From positions 1-52,628 of IMG/VR virus record IMGVR_UViG_3300028840_002598: a stretch of 52,628 nt of DNA; one strand, written 5' to 3'. A program made the position numbers and the translations under genes. The notes below the pieces were generated by a model. The model ran no database searches, was not told where the DNA came from, and saw only the letters and a program-made list of their open reading frames with translations. The DNA comes from a virus (taxonomy: Duplodnaviria > Caudoviricetes). This document shows positions 18,929-26,900 of this stretch, piece by piece. How positions within the stretch are numbered: the first letter of the stretch is position 1; each line of letters starts with the position of its first letter.

Positions 18929-20509
18929 GTGGGCCGCACTTTTCTCCGTCAAGACACCCAGATCCGAAACTCCAGCACCTACGGGGACGCCGTTGCGCCC
19001 TCCGAGGCGAACTACGAAACGAACCCGGGGGACCTGGAAACGGATCTGAACAATATCCGCTCCCAGCTCCACAACCTCCTCAAGGACCAGGCCGGCAACT
19101 GGTGGGACGATCTCAACGTTCCGTCCACCCTCGAAACCGGCTCCCAGCGCGGCGTGAACGATCTGAACAGCGATCTCCACGCCGTGGAGAAAAAGCGCGT
19201 TCTCCGGGATGTCCACAACCTCACGGACGTGTCCGTGGGCGGTTCGGACAATTTCGTGATCCTCGGAGCCGGCGAGCTTCCGGCCCAGACCACCGCGGCG
19301 GTGGGCGCGGTCACCACGCTGGGCACGGTTGTGGCCGCGCACGGCGGGACGTTCGGAACCCACGCCCTCAGCGAGGTGGCCGGGCCGCACGCGCTGAACC
19401 CGCTCAACCTGTGCGAGATCGTCGACGGCGCTACCCGCGATCCCATTCTGTCCGACGCGCGCAAGGTTTATGGCCTACTTCAGGGCGAGGACGGCCTGGT
19501 GGACGGCGACACGATCACGGACAGCACGGACAACCGCGTCCAGATTTCGTTTGTGCGCCAGAACAGCGCCGGCGATGACCTGGAGGCGTGCCCGGCCGCG
19601 GACATTCAGGGCAAAACGATCAACTACTCCACCCGCGAGCGCGTCCGCCTGGAGGATCTGAACGAACACGATTTCCTCACCGGCGCCGTGGTCGACGTGG
19701 GCGCCGGCTCCGGCACGATCAACCGGCAAACCTCCTACTCAAACCAGGGGACCACGCCGGTCGACGCAACCGTCAACGCCATCCTGGACCTGGAGGGCGC
19801 GGGCCTCGAATGGCAAATCCGCGATGACCTGGAGGCGATCCTGTTCCGGGTGATCGAGGGCTCCGCGGGCGGCACCAGCAAGGTGGCCGTGGAGGATGAC
19901 GTCGACGAATTCGACGTCGACGCGGTGGTGTCGGACTTCCTGAACGGCATCAAGGTGGACACCGGCGCGGCCGGAACCACGATCAACATTGGCGTAACGG
20001 CGAACCAGATCGACACCACCGGCGCGCTCACCGTTCAGGGCGCCGGAGATGTCAAGATCGCCTCCACCGGCGGAAACCTCCGGCTCACCGATCAATACGA
20101 GCCGGCCGGCTGGTCCGAGGACGGGATCCAGCTCTCGGACGCCGCGCAAACCTGGACCGATTTCGAGGCCGCCTTTGGGGAGGTTGGCCTCATGGACGCG
20201 ATCCTCCAGGCATACCAGGGCGCCAATTTCGACAAAACCTATGCCTCGGTTACCTCCACCACCGTGGCGGACACGGACGTGGGGGGCGTTGCCGGCGGCA
20301 CGAACCTGGACGCCCAGCTCCACGATCTCAGCGGTGGCACGTTCGCCGATGATCATGACGTGTACCTAAACGGCCAGCTCCTCCGCTCCGGCGCGGACGC
20401 GGCCGCGAATCACGACGTGTACCCGGGAACCTCGCTTCCAAACGGCCAGCTCAAGTTCGAGTTTACGGTTCGAGTCAATGACGTGATCTGCGTCATTTCT
20501 CGCGCCTAG
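18929..20509 (+). CDS. Large acidic virion fibre/appendage protein
   Basis: 526 aa D/T/G-rich; C-terminal VYLNGQLL module shared with 23048-23500. Confidence 0.7.
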   Translation: MGRTFLRQDTQIRNSSTYGDAVAPSEANYETNPGDLETDLNNIRSQLHNLLKDQAGNWWDDLNVPSTLETGSQRGVNDLNSDLHAVEKKRVLRDVHNLTDVSVGGSDNFVILGAGELPAQTTAAVGAVTTLGTVVAAHGGTFGTHALSEVAGPHALNPLNLCEIVDGATRDPILSDARKVYGLLQGEDGLVDGDTITDSTDNRVQISFVRQNSAGDDLEACPAADIQGKTINYSTRERVRLEDLNEHDFLTGAVVDVGAGSGTINRQTSYSNQGTTPVDATVNAILDLEGAGLEWQIRDDLEAILFRVIEGSAGGTSKVAVEDDVDEFDVDAVVSDFLNGIKVDTGAAGTTINIGVTANQIDTTGALTVQGAGDVKIASTGGNLRLTDQYEPAGWSEDGIQLSDAAQTWTDFEAAFGEVGLMDAILQAYQGANFDKTYASVTSTTVADTDVGGVAGGTNLDAQLHDLSGGTFADDHDVYLNGQLLRSGADAAANHDVYPGTSLPNGQLKFEFTVRVNDVICVISRA

Positions 20510-20523
20510 TTAGGCTCGAGCCC

Positions 20524-20557
20524 ACCGGGCGCCGTTGACACGCGGCGCCCGGTTTTT
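20524..20557 (+). terminator. Intrinsic terminator
   Basis: 11-bp stem ACCGGGCGCCG/CGGCGCCCGGT followed by a T run. Confidence 0.75.
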
Positions 20558-20583
20558 CCACCAGACACAGGAGTGATCAGCGA

Positions 20584-21264
20584 ATGGGTGTTGAGAAAGC
20601 GGAACTGAAACGCGCCGTTCTCCATGGCCTCGGAGCGGACACGGAGGACATGCTGGAGGAGGCCGGGCGCCGGCGTTCGGAGAACACCGGAGCGCGCCAG
20701 GCGCTCCTCCTCGCGGCGAAGCACGTCCAGGCCATCGCGGAGGTGGTGGACAAGGAGCTGGAGTCCGGCAAGCTGGAGGAGCTGTGCGAGGGCGAACCGC
20801 TCAAGATCGCCAAGTACGCCAAGCGCCAGATCGCCCGGTGCGTGGACTCGCTGGACCTGGCGGCACAGGCCGCCCGCAACCGCGAGATCCAGGGCCACGG
20901 CGAGGTGGAAGCGCTCAAGGGCGTGGTGGCCCTCCTGGAGAAGCGCCACGCCATGGAGGACGCCGCGATCCAGGCGTTCCGCGCCAGGGAGGCGGAACTG
21001 GCCGCCGCGGTGGCGGTGGCGGATCAGGTGGCTGAGGACATCGGCGTGGGCCGCCCAACCGGCACCAGGCCGCCGCAATCCGAGGCCGCCCAGCGCAAGG
21101 CCGCGGAGGCCGCGGAGGCACAGGCGCCGGCTGAGGCGCCCAGCAAGGGCAACGGCAAGGCCAAGGCGAAGCGCAAGGCGCCCAGCAAGGCCAAGCCACG
21201 GAAGCGGGCGGCCGCCAAGCGCAAGGCGGCCAAGTCCAAGGGGGCGAATGGGGCGAACGCCTGA
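20584..21264 (+). CDS. Coiled-coil protein with histone-H1-like Lys/Ala tail
   Basis: GACACAGGAG RBS; C-terminal KAKAKRKAPSKAKPRKRAAAKRKAAKSKG. Confidence 0.7.
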   Translation: MGVEKAELKRAVLHGLGADTEDMLEEAGRRRSENTGARQALLLAAKHVQAIAEVVDKELESGKLEELCEGEPLKIAKYAKRQIARCVDSLDLAAQAARNREIQGHGEVEALKGVVALLEKRHAMEDAAIQAFRAREAELAAAVAVADQVAEDIGVGRPTGTRPPQSEAAQRKAAEAAEAQAPAEAPSKGNGKAKAKRKAPSKAKPRKRAAAKRKAAKSKGANGANA

Positions 21265-21691
21265 TCCGATCCAGGGCTCCCTGGATCTCCCCGATCTCGG
21301 TGAAGATCCCACCGAGGTGGGCCAGCTCGCGCGCGTGGGCTCGGACATCAAGGCGGTGGACGGTTCCGGCCTATTCAACCTCCGATCGGGCTCCGGCCTC
21401 ACGGAGGCCGCCCACGAATTGCTGGACACGCTGGCCCATGACGTTGTGGAGTCCTGCTATGAGGAGGCCACCCGCGTCGACGGGCGCGTGTCCGCGATCA
21501 CCTACTGGGACAGCGCGTCCAAGACAACCAAGATCAGGGAGCTGGCGTTCACGCGCTCCGGTGGTCGCGTCACCCAGGTGGACGCGATCCAATACGACGC
21601 CGCCGGCGTGGAGTCCTACCGGATGGCCGGCACGGTGGCCCGCGTCGACGGGCGCTACGCCTCCACCACCTGGGTGAGGACGAACGCATGA
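21248..21691 (+). CDS. Hypothetical virion protein (beta-hairpin repeats)
   Basis: ATG 21248 within the 20624 frame; repeated RVDGR/RSGGR turns. Confidence 0.65.
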   Translation: MGRTPDPIQGSLDLPDLGEDPTEVGQLARVGSDIKAVDGSGLFNLRSGSGLTEAAHELLDTLAHDVVESCYEEATRVDGRVSAITYWDSASKTTKIRELAFTRSGGRVTQVDAIQYDAAGVESYRMAGTVARVDGRYASTTWVRTNA

Positions 21692-22170
21692 GCCTCCGAA
21701 TAGTCGAAATCGATGGCGTGGGCCTGGTGGACGGAGCCGGAGGCGTGACGCGCCTCGCGGTCGACGTCAACCACAACCCGGAACCGCCGGCCGGCGCAAC
21801 GCCCGTCCAGTTTGTGGCGGACACGCCGCTGGCGGTGGCGGTGGCCGAAACGGCCGAATACACGATCCCGAATGGTAAGCGGTTCTACCTCCAGCAACTC
21901 CAGGCCGGCGCGGAGGGCGACACCACCGAAAAGGGCAACCGGGTGGAGGTGATCTATTACGACGGCGCCGCGGAACACGTGGTGGCCCGTCAATACATCA
22001 TGGGGCAAACCCAATGGATCAACTTCCCGGACGTGGGCGCGGCCAGGGACGGCACGCCGATCGACGGGGACGGATCCACGAAAAAGCTCCGGATCGTGCG
22101 CGAGCGCCTGGGTGGATCAACCCAGGAGGTTGACGCCGTGGTGTTCGGCTATGAGAGGGATACGCCATGA
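21688..22170 (+). CDS. Small beta-sandwich protein, paralog 1 of 3
   Basis: TIPNGKRF ... GDGSTKKLRIV. Confidence 0.7.
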   Translation: MSLRIVEIDGVGLVDGAGGVTRLAVDVNHNPEPPAGATPVQFVADTPLAVAVAETAEYTIPNGKRFYLQQLQAGAEGDTTEKGNRVEVIYYDGAAEHVVARQYIMGQTQWINFPDVGAARDGTPIDGDGSTKKLRIVRERLGGSTQEVDAVVFGYERDTP

Positions 22171-22493
22171 TCCAGGTGGCCAGCAAATATCAGGAGGTGG
22201 GAGCGCTTGAGGAGGCCACGGAGGAGTGGACGCCGGGCTCCGGCGAGGTGTGGGAGGTGGCTCACTTCCAAGGGAGTGGCGCCTACCTGGACGATACAAC
22301 GGCGGCCGTTGTCTGGGACTACGGCGAGGCCGGCGCCGTGATCGTTGCGGCCACCCACGGGGATGCCGAAGTCCACGCCGTGGGCTACCGGATCACCGGG
22401 GACGGTTCCAAGGTGCTGGCGATCGTTCTCACGAATGACACCGATAGCGCGCACGTCATGGGCGGCCGCTATGAGGCGAAGCGGATCAGCTAA
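22167..22493 (+). CDS. Small beta-sandwich protein, paralog 2 of 3
   Basis: TPGSGEVW ... GDGSKVLAIV. Confidence 0.7.
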   Translation: MIQVASKYQEVGALEEATEEWTPGSGEVWEVAHFQGSGAYLDDTTAAVVWDYGEAGAVIVAATHGDAEVHAVGYRITGDGSKVLAIVLTNDTDSAHVMGGRYEAKRIS

Positions 22494-22828
22494 TGGCACG
22501 AACGCGCGTCGACAAGTATGTAGCCGGCAACGTGGCCTCCGGCGCCACCAGCGTGGACACCCTCGCGGAAATTCCCAGCGGCCAGGTGTGGCGCCTCATG
22601 CACTTTGGAGGCGCGGCGCCGCAACCGGCGATCGTGGGCCTCCAGGTGAACACGGGCTCCGGCTGGCAAACGATGAGGGCCACCGCCGGCACCGGCCAGG
22701 CGGACGACTTTCTGATCGATCGCGACTACACCGGGGACGGCACGGTCCGCTTTCGGATCGTCCGCCAGAACCTCCACAGCGCCACGCAACAGATCGTTGC
22801 ATGGCTGGAGGCGTTCAAGCGCGCGTGA
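22493..22828 (+). CDS. Small beta-sandwich protein, paralog 3 of 3
   Basis: EIPSGQVW ... GDGTVRFRIV. Confidence 0.7.
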   Translation: MARTRVDKYVAGNVASGATSVDTLAEIPSGQVWRLMHFGGAAPQPAIVGLQVNTGSGWQTMRATAGTGQADDFLIDRDYTGDGTVRFRIVRQNLHSATQQIVAWLEAFKRA

Positions 22829-22829
22829 G

Positions 22830-23048
22830 ATGGCCTCGCCGCGCAAGGAGGACGCCTCCGGCGTCATAGATGGCGCGAACCGGGACTTTGCCGTGTCCCG
22901 GGACATTCACACCGGGCGCGCCGTGGTGCCGTTCGTGAACGGCCAGGCCCTCCCAGGCCGCGCCACCGTGACCGGAACGCGCACGTTTCGCCTGGAAAAT
23001 CCTCCTGTGGCGGGTGACACGGTGGCGCTGTACTATCTGGCGATCTAA
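22830..23048 (+). CDS. Single fibre-repeat module protein
   Basis: SGVIDGANRDF..FVNGQAL..GDTV; paralog of the N-terminus of the next gene. Confidence 0.65.
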   Translation: MASPRKEDASGVIDGANRDFAVSRDIHTGRAVVPFVNGQALPGRATVTGTRTFRLENPPVAGDTVALYYLAI

Positions 23049-23500
23049 TGCCGGAACCACAATTCGAGCTATTGAGCGGGGCGATCGACGGCGCGAACGC
23101 GGACTTTTACACGTCCGTTCCATACACGCCGGGCTCCGTGGCCGTGTACCTAAACGGCCAGCTCCTCCTCAACCGGACGGGCAACCCATGGACGGAAACG
23201 GACCCGGCCACCGGCCAGATCACGGTCCACGCCGTCGACCACGTCCTCCGGCCAGGCGATGAGATCGCCGCGTTCTATTTGGACACCACCACCGCCCCGG
23301 ACCAGGTGGTGATCGATGACCTGGTGGGCGTGGTGTCGGACACCGAGGATCGTTTGACTGGCATCCTTGTGGGTGAGGACGAATTGGTGGGCACCGTTGC
23401 CGATGAGGAGCGCCTGGAGGGCCAGGTGGCGACTGAGGACGCCCTGGCGGGAACCGTTGCCGATGAGGACGCCCTGGTGGGCATCCTGGAGGAATGCTAG
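23048..23500 (+). CDS. Fibre-repeat module plus acidic 10-aa repeats
   Basis: SGAIDGANADF..VYLNGQLL; C-terminal LxGxVxxE(D/E)x repeats. Confidence 0.7.
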   Translation: MPEPQFELLSGAIDGANADFYTSVPYTPGSVAVYLNGQLLLNRTGNPWTETDPATGQITVHAVDHVLRPGDEIAAFYLDTTTAPDQVVIDDLVGVVSDTEDRLTGILVGEDELVGTVADEERLEGQVATEDALAGTVADEDALVGILEEC

Positions 23501-23502
23501 CC

Positions 23503-23883
23503 ATGCCGTGTGTGGAACAACCGAAACTGATCTGGGACGGCGAACACCGAACGTTCCGCCTCCGCGTGACGAATCAGAGCGACGGTTCGCGCGTGAGCCT
23601 CACCGGCGCCGCGGTGGAATTCCAAGTCAAGGAATCGGACGGCGCATCCGATCCGGCGCTGATCGCGCTGGAGGTGGGCACCGGGATCACGCTGGAACCC
23701 CAGGCCGGGGACACCCTCGGGGAGGCGCTGATCGATCTTACCCCCACGGACCTGGCCGCCCTCCAGGCCGGTGGCTCGCGCGTCCTCCGATACGACGTGA
23801 TCACCTTGCTGGCGTCCGGCAAGCGATACGTGGTGGTTCCCCCCTCGGATTTCGACTACCGGCTGATCGTGAACCAGGCGTAA
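23503..23883 (+). CDS. BppU-N-like Ig-fold virion protein
   Basis: SLTGAAVEFQVK, G...IDLTPTDL, YDV pattern. Confidence 0.6.
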   Translation: MPCVEQPKLIWDGEHRTFRLRVTNQSDGSRVSLTGAAVEFQVKESDGASDPALIALEVGTGITLEPQAGDTLGEALIDLTPTDLAALQAGGSRVLRYDVITLLASGKRYVVVPPSDFDYRLIVNQA

Positions 23884-23886
23884 GCG

Positions 23887-24201
23887 ATGACGGCCGCCGT
23901 TGTCATTCTCGCGATCCTCCTCACCGGCGCGTCCGGCACGGCGGTGGCCCTCGCCCTCCGAATCAGCGGGATCAAGGCGGACGCCAAGGACGCGGACACG
24001 AAACGCGCGGACGCGGAGCGCGAGCTGGAGGCGGCGGCCCGCGAGCTGGCAACCTCGCGCGAGCGCCACGCGGAGCAACTCAAGGCGATCCGCGAGGACG
24101 TGGAGGGACTCGAACGTGAGCTGGAGAATTGCGAGTGTAGTGGTAGCCGGCGCGATCGGCTTGAACGGTTGCTGTCCGAAACGGCAAACCGTCCGCGTTG
24201 A
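23887..24201 (+). CDS. Inner-membrane spanin (Rz-like)
   Basis: N-terminal TM, coiled coil and C-terminal Cys; overlapped by a lipoprotein gene. Confidence 0.7.
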   Translation: MTAAVVILAILLTGASGTAVALALRISGIKADAKDADTKRADAERELEAAARELATSRERHAEQLKAIREDVEGLERELENCECSGSRRDRLERLLSETANRPR

Positions 24202-24448
24202 TCACGTCAACGTGGGATGCCTGGAGAACGCTCCGGCCAAGCCCACGATCCCGGAGGAGCTGGGCACCGATGATCACACCACCGATCCCGCGTGCCCGGA
24301 AAAGTGGGAGCTGTGCGCGGACTGGGAGGCGGCCGGCAAGATCGATCGCTATGTCCGCGAGGCCCAGCGCTATATCCGCCAGGTGGAGATCCTGTGCGGC
24401 AAACCCAAGGAGGGAGGACCCGATGACAAGTCGACGGATTCTGATTAG
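24116..24448 (+). CDS. Outer-membrane lipoprotein spanin (Rz1-like)
   Basis: GGAGGG RBS and GTG 24116; MSWRIASVVVAGAIGLNG-C lipobox; Pro/Cys-rich; overlaps Rz in the +1 frame. Confidence 0.75.
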   Translation: MSWRIASVVVAGAIGLNGCCPKRQTVRVDHVNVGCLENAPAKPTIPEELGTDDHTTDPACPEKWELCADWEAAGKIDRYVREAQRYIRQVEILCGKPKEGGPDDKSTDSD

Positions 24449-24959
24449 TGCCATGATCGTGGGCGTCATGCTCGCCATGTTCGCCGTGGGAGCCTCAGCC
24501 GGCCAGGACGCCGGCGTGAGCGGTGGGCCTGTGCCGGACTGGGTGGCCGATACCGCCGAACCTGTGGCGGACGTGGCCGCCGTGGACGCCCCCGCGGTGG
24601 CGCCGGACGTGGAGGCCGATCCAGTCGGATCCGTGGAGCGCCTCCTGGCGCACGTTCGCGCCGGCGAATGGCGCATGGTTGCGGCGTTCCTGATCGCGTT
24701 CCTCATGTATGGATTCTCACGGTTCAAGATCCGCGATCGGGTCAAGTGGTTCCGTGGCGATCGAGGAGGCGCCGTCCTGGTCATGCTCCTGGCGCTGGGG
24801 GCCGCCCTCAGCGCCTCCCTGGCCTCACAGGCGCCGCTGGACTGGCGGTTGTTCCTCGGGGCCGTGGGCGTTTGCTGGACCGCGGTCGGAGGGTTCACGT
24901 GGGCCAAGCGCCTGATCTGGCCCAAGGACGGCGCGCCCGCTGAGGAGCCCACGCCATGA
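24423..24959 (+). CDS. Holin-like multi-TM protein
   Basis: GGAGG RBS; signal-like N-terminus plus 3 TM helices; directly before the endolysin. Confidence 0.6.
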   Translation: MTSRRILISAMIVGVMLAMFAVGASAGQDAGVSGGPVPDWVADTAEPVADVAAVDAPAVAPDVEADPVGSVERLLAHVRAGEWRMVAAFLIAFLMYGFSRFKIRDRVKWFRGDRGGAVLVMLLALGAALSASLASQAPLDWRLFLGAVGVCWTAVGGFTWAKRLIWPKDGAPAEEPTP

Positions 24960-25618
24960 GCGCGGCCGGATACAACGATCGCCGAATCGACGCCGGCCAG
25001 ATCGAAGCCCACCACCTCGCCACGCTGTGGGACTGGTACACGAAACAGCCCGGCAACCGCGAGGAGGCCGCGCGCCAGTTCCAGGCCGCGGCCGGACTGG
25101 ACGTCGACGGCATGATCGGACCGATGACGATCGGCGCGCTGGACGCGCCGGAGTTACCAGGCCCGCCGGAAAATGAGCTGGGCCTGGCCGGTCCGTTCTA
25201 CTTGCCGATCCGCGGCGGTTGCTGGTGGTCTGGTAACGCTTTCGACCCGCGCCCGCGCTCCCAGGGTGGACACCACGGACGGGACGGGTTCAGCGGCCCG
25301 AAAACCGATCTTGGTTGGCCGGACACCACGGACGCCATGGTGATCTCATTCGCCGCCGGCGAGGTGATCGCCGTCAAATGGCACGCGAACGGCCTGTGGA
25401 TCAAGATCGATCACGGCCACGGCCTGATCACGAAAAGCGGCCACCTGAACGGAACCGGGCACGTGAAACCCGGCCAGGTGATCGCCGCCGGCGTGGACCT
25501 GGCGCCGGTGTGGGGCGGCCTCACCTTGCCCCATATCCATTTTGAAACGTGGATCAACGGCAAACCCGTGGACTCCGGCAAGCTCCTGGAACGCCTCGGG
25601 GCCGTCCCCCTCAGCTAG
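24956..25618 (+). CDS. Endolysin: peptidoglycan-binding domain plus M23 peptidase
   Basis: FQAAAGLDVDGMIGPMT (PG-binding); HHGRD, KSGHL and PHIHFE M23 motifs. Confidence 0.88.
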   Translation: MSAAGYNDRRIDAGQIEAHHLATLWDWYTKQPGNREEAARQFQAAAGLDVDGMIGPMTIGALDAPELPGPPENELGLAGPFYLPIRGGCWWSGNAFDPRPRSQGGHHGRDGFSGPKTDLGWPDTTDAMVISFAAGEVIAVKWHANGLWIKIDHGHGLITKSGHLNGTGHVKPGQVIAAGVDLAPVWGGLTLPHIHFETWINGKPVDSGKLLERLGAVPLS

Positions 25619-25640
25619 CTGATTCCTTTTATAGCAGGAC

Positions 25641-25669
25641 TGGAAACCGTCACGGCCGCGTGGTAGCGT
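25641..25669 (+). promoter_or_regulatory. Candidate sigma70-type promoter for recombination genes
   Basis: TGGAAA-N17-TAGCGT with extended -10 TG. Confidence 0.45.
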
Positions 25670-25766
25670 CCCACCTCCAACCTACGTGGGTGCCTCGCGG
25701 ACGTCGACGGTTGGACTCCTCCTCCCTCCGGCGTTCGCGTGTCCCCACCAGACACAGGAGGAACGG

Positions 25767-26885
25767 ATGGCATTGACTGAGGAGCAACTGGCGCTCCGGC
25801 GAACCAAGATCACCGCCACGGACGCCGCCAAGGTGTGCGGCGTGTCCAACTACGGCGGACCGCTGGACGTGCAACTGGAGAAGCAAGGCCGCGGCGTTGT
25901 GATCGATGAAAACGATCGTATGCGCTGGGGCAACATTCTGGAGGGACCGATCCGCGAGGACTTCGCCCAGCGCATGGACGTGGCGATCGCCGTGCCCGGA
26001 ACACTGATCCACCCGGAGCATGACTGGGCGGCCGCCACGCCGGACGGGATCGTGTACCCGGGCGGCACGCCATTGGCGCACGGGACGGCGTTTTCCTACG
26101 GGCCGGAGAACGTCAACCCGATCGGTGGGCACGAAATCAAAACTCACACCAGTTGGCTGGCCCACCTCTATGGCGAGCCCGGCTCCGATGAGGTTCCGCC
26201 CGCGGAGCTGGTGCAATGCGCCTGGAACCGCTGGATCGCCGCGGCCGTGTTCGAGGGAGGGGACTTCTCCACGTGGCACCTTACGGCGTTCCTGGACAAC
26301 CTCCCCTCCGACTACCAGATCCACCACAACGCGGAGCTGGAGGAAATGATGATCGGCGTTTGCCGCGCGTTCTGGGAGGAACACGTGATCGGTGGCGTGC
26401 CGGTTCCGCCGGACGGTTCCAAGTCCTACACCGAACACCTGGCGAAGCGCTGGCCGAAGCATGGCCAGGATTACGTGGAGGCGGACGCGGAAACGCTCGA
26501 AACGGTCCGGGCGCTGTACCAGAAGCGCCTGGAGATCGCCGCGCACGAACGCGAGGAAACCGAGCTGGTCCAGCGGATCAAGGTCGCGATCGGTGACGCG
26601 GCCGGGCTCGAGTTTCTGTCCCTCACGGAGAAGCAACCGGAGCCCAAGGGCAAGCGCAAACGAAAGCCGTTGCTACAGCGGATCACGTGGAAAAAGTCCA
26701 AGGACACCACCAGCACGAAATGGGCGGACGTGATAAAGGCGTTCCGCCCCCAGCTCGCCGCGTTTGCCGATCAGTTCGAGGACGCGCGCGAGCTACTGGA
26801 GGCGCTGGACGCGGCGATCACGTCGCACACCTCCCCGAAGCCCGGATCGCGACGGTTCAACGTCCCCAAAAAGTGGAACAGCTAG
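25767..26885 (+). CDS. YqaJ-like (lambda exonuclease family) nuclease
   Basis: RRTKITATD, GNILEGPI, HPEHDWAAATPDG, EIKT, VQC motifs; GACACAGGAG RBS. Confidence 0.88.
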   Translation: MALTEEQLALRRTKITATDAAKVCGVSNYGGPLDVQLEKQGRGVVIDENDRMRWGNILEGPIREDFAQRMDVAIAVPGTLIHPEHDWAAATPDGIVYPGGTPLAHGTAFSYGPENVNPIGGHEIKTHTSWLAHLYGEPGSDEVPPAELVQCAWNRWIAAAVFEGGDFSTWHLTAFLDNLPSDYQIHHNAELEEMMIGVCRAFWEEHVIGGVPVPPDGSKSYTEHLAKRWPKHGQDYVEADAETLETVRALYQKRLEIAAHEREETELVQRIKVAIGDAAGLEFLSLTEKQPEPKGKRKRKPLLQRITWKKSKDTTSTKWADVIKAFRPQLAAFADQFEDARELLEALDAAITSHTSPKPGSRRFNVPKKWNS

Positions 26886-26900
26886 ACACAGGAGCAAACG

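Noticed and set aside
20535-20563. Perfect TTGACA as a promoter -35
   Set aside because: It lies in a terminator loop, with no -10-like hexamer at 16-18 bp
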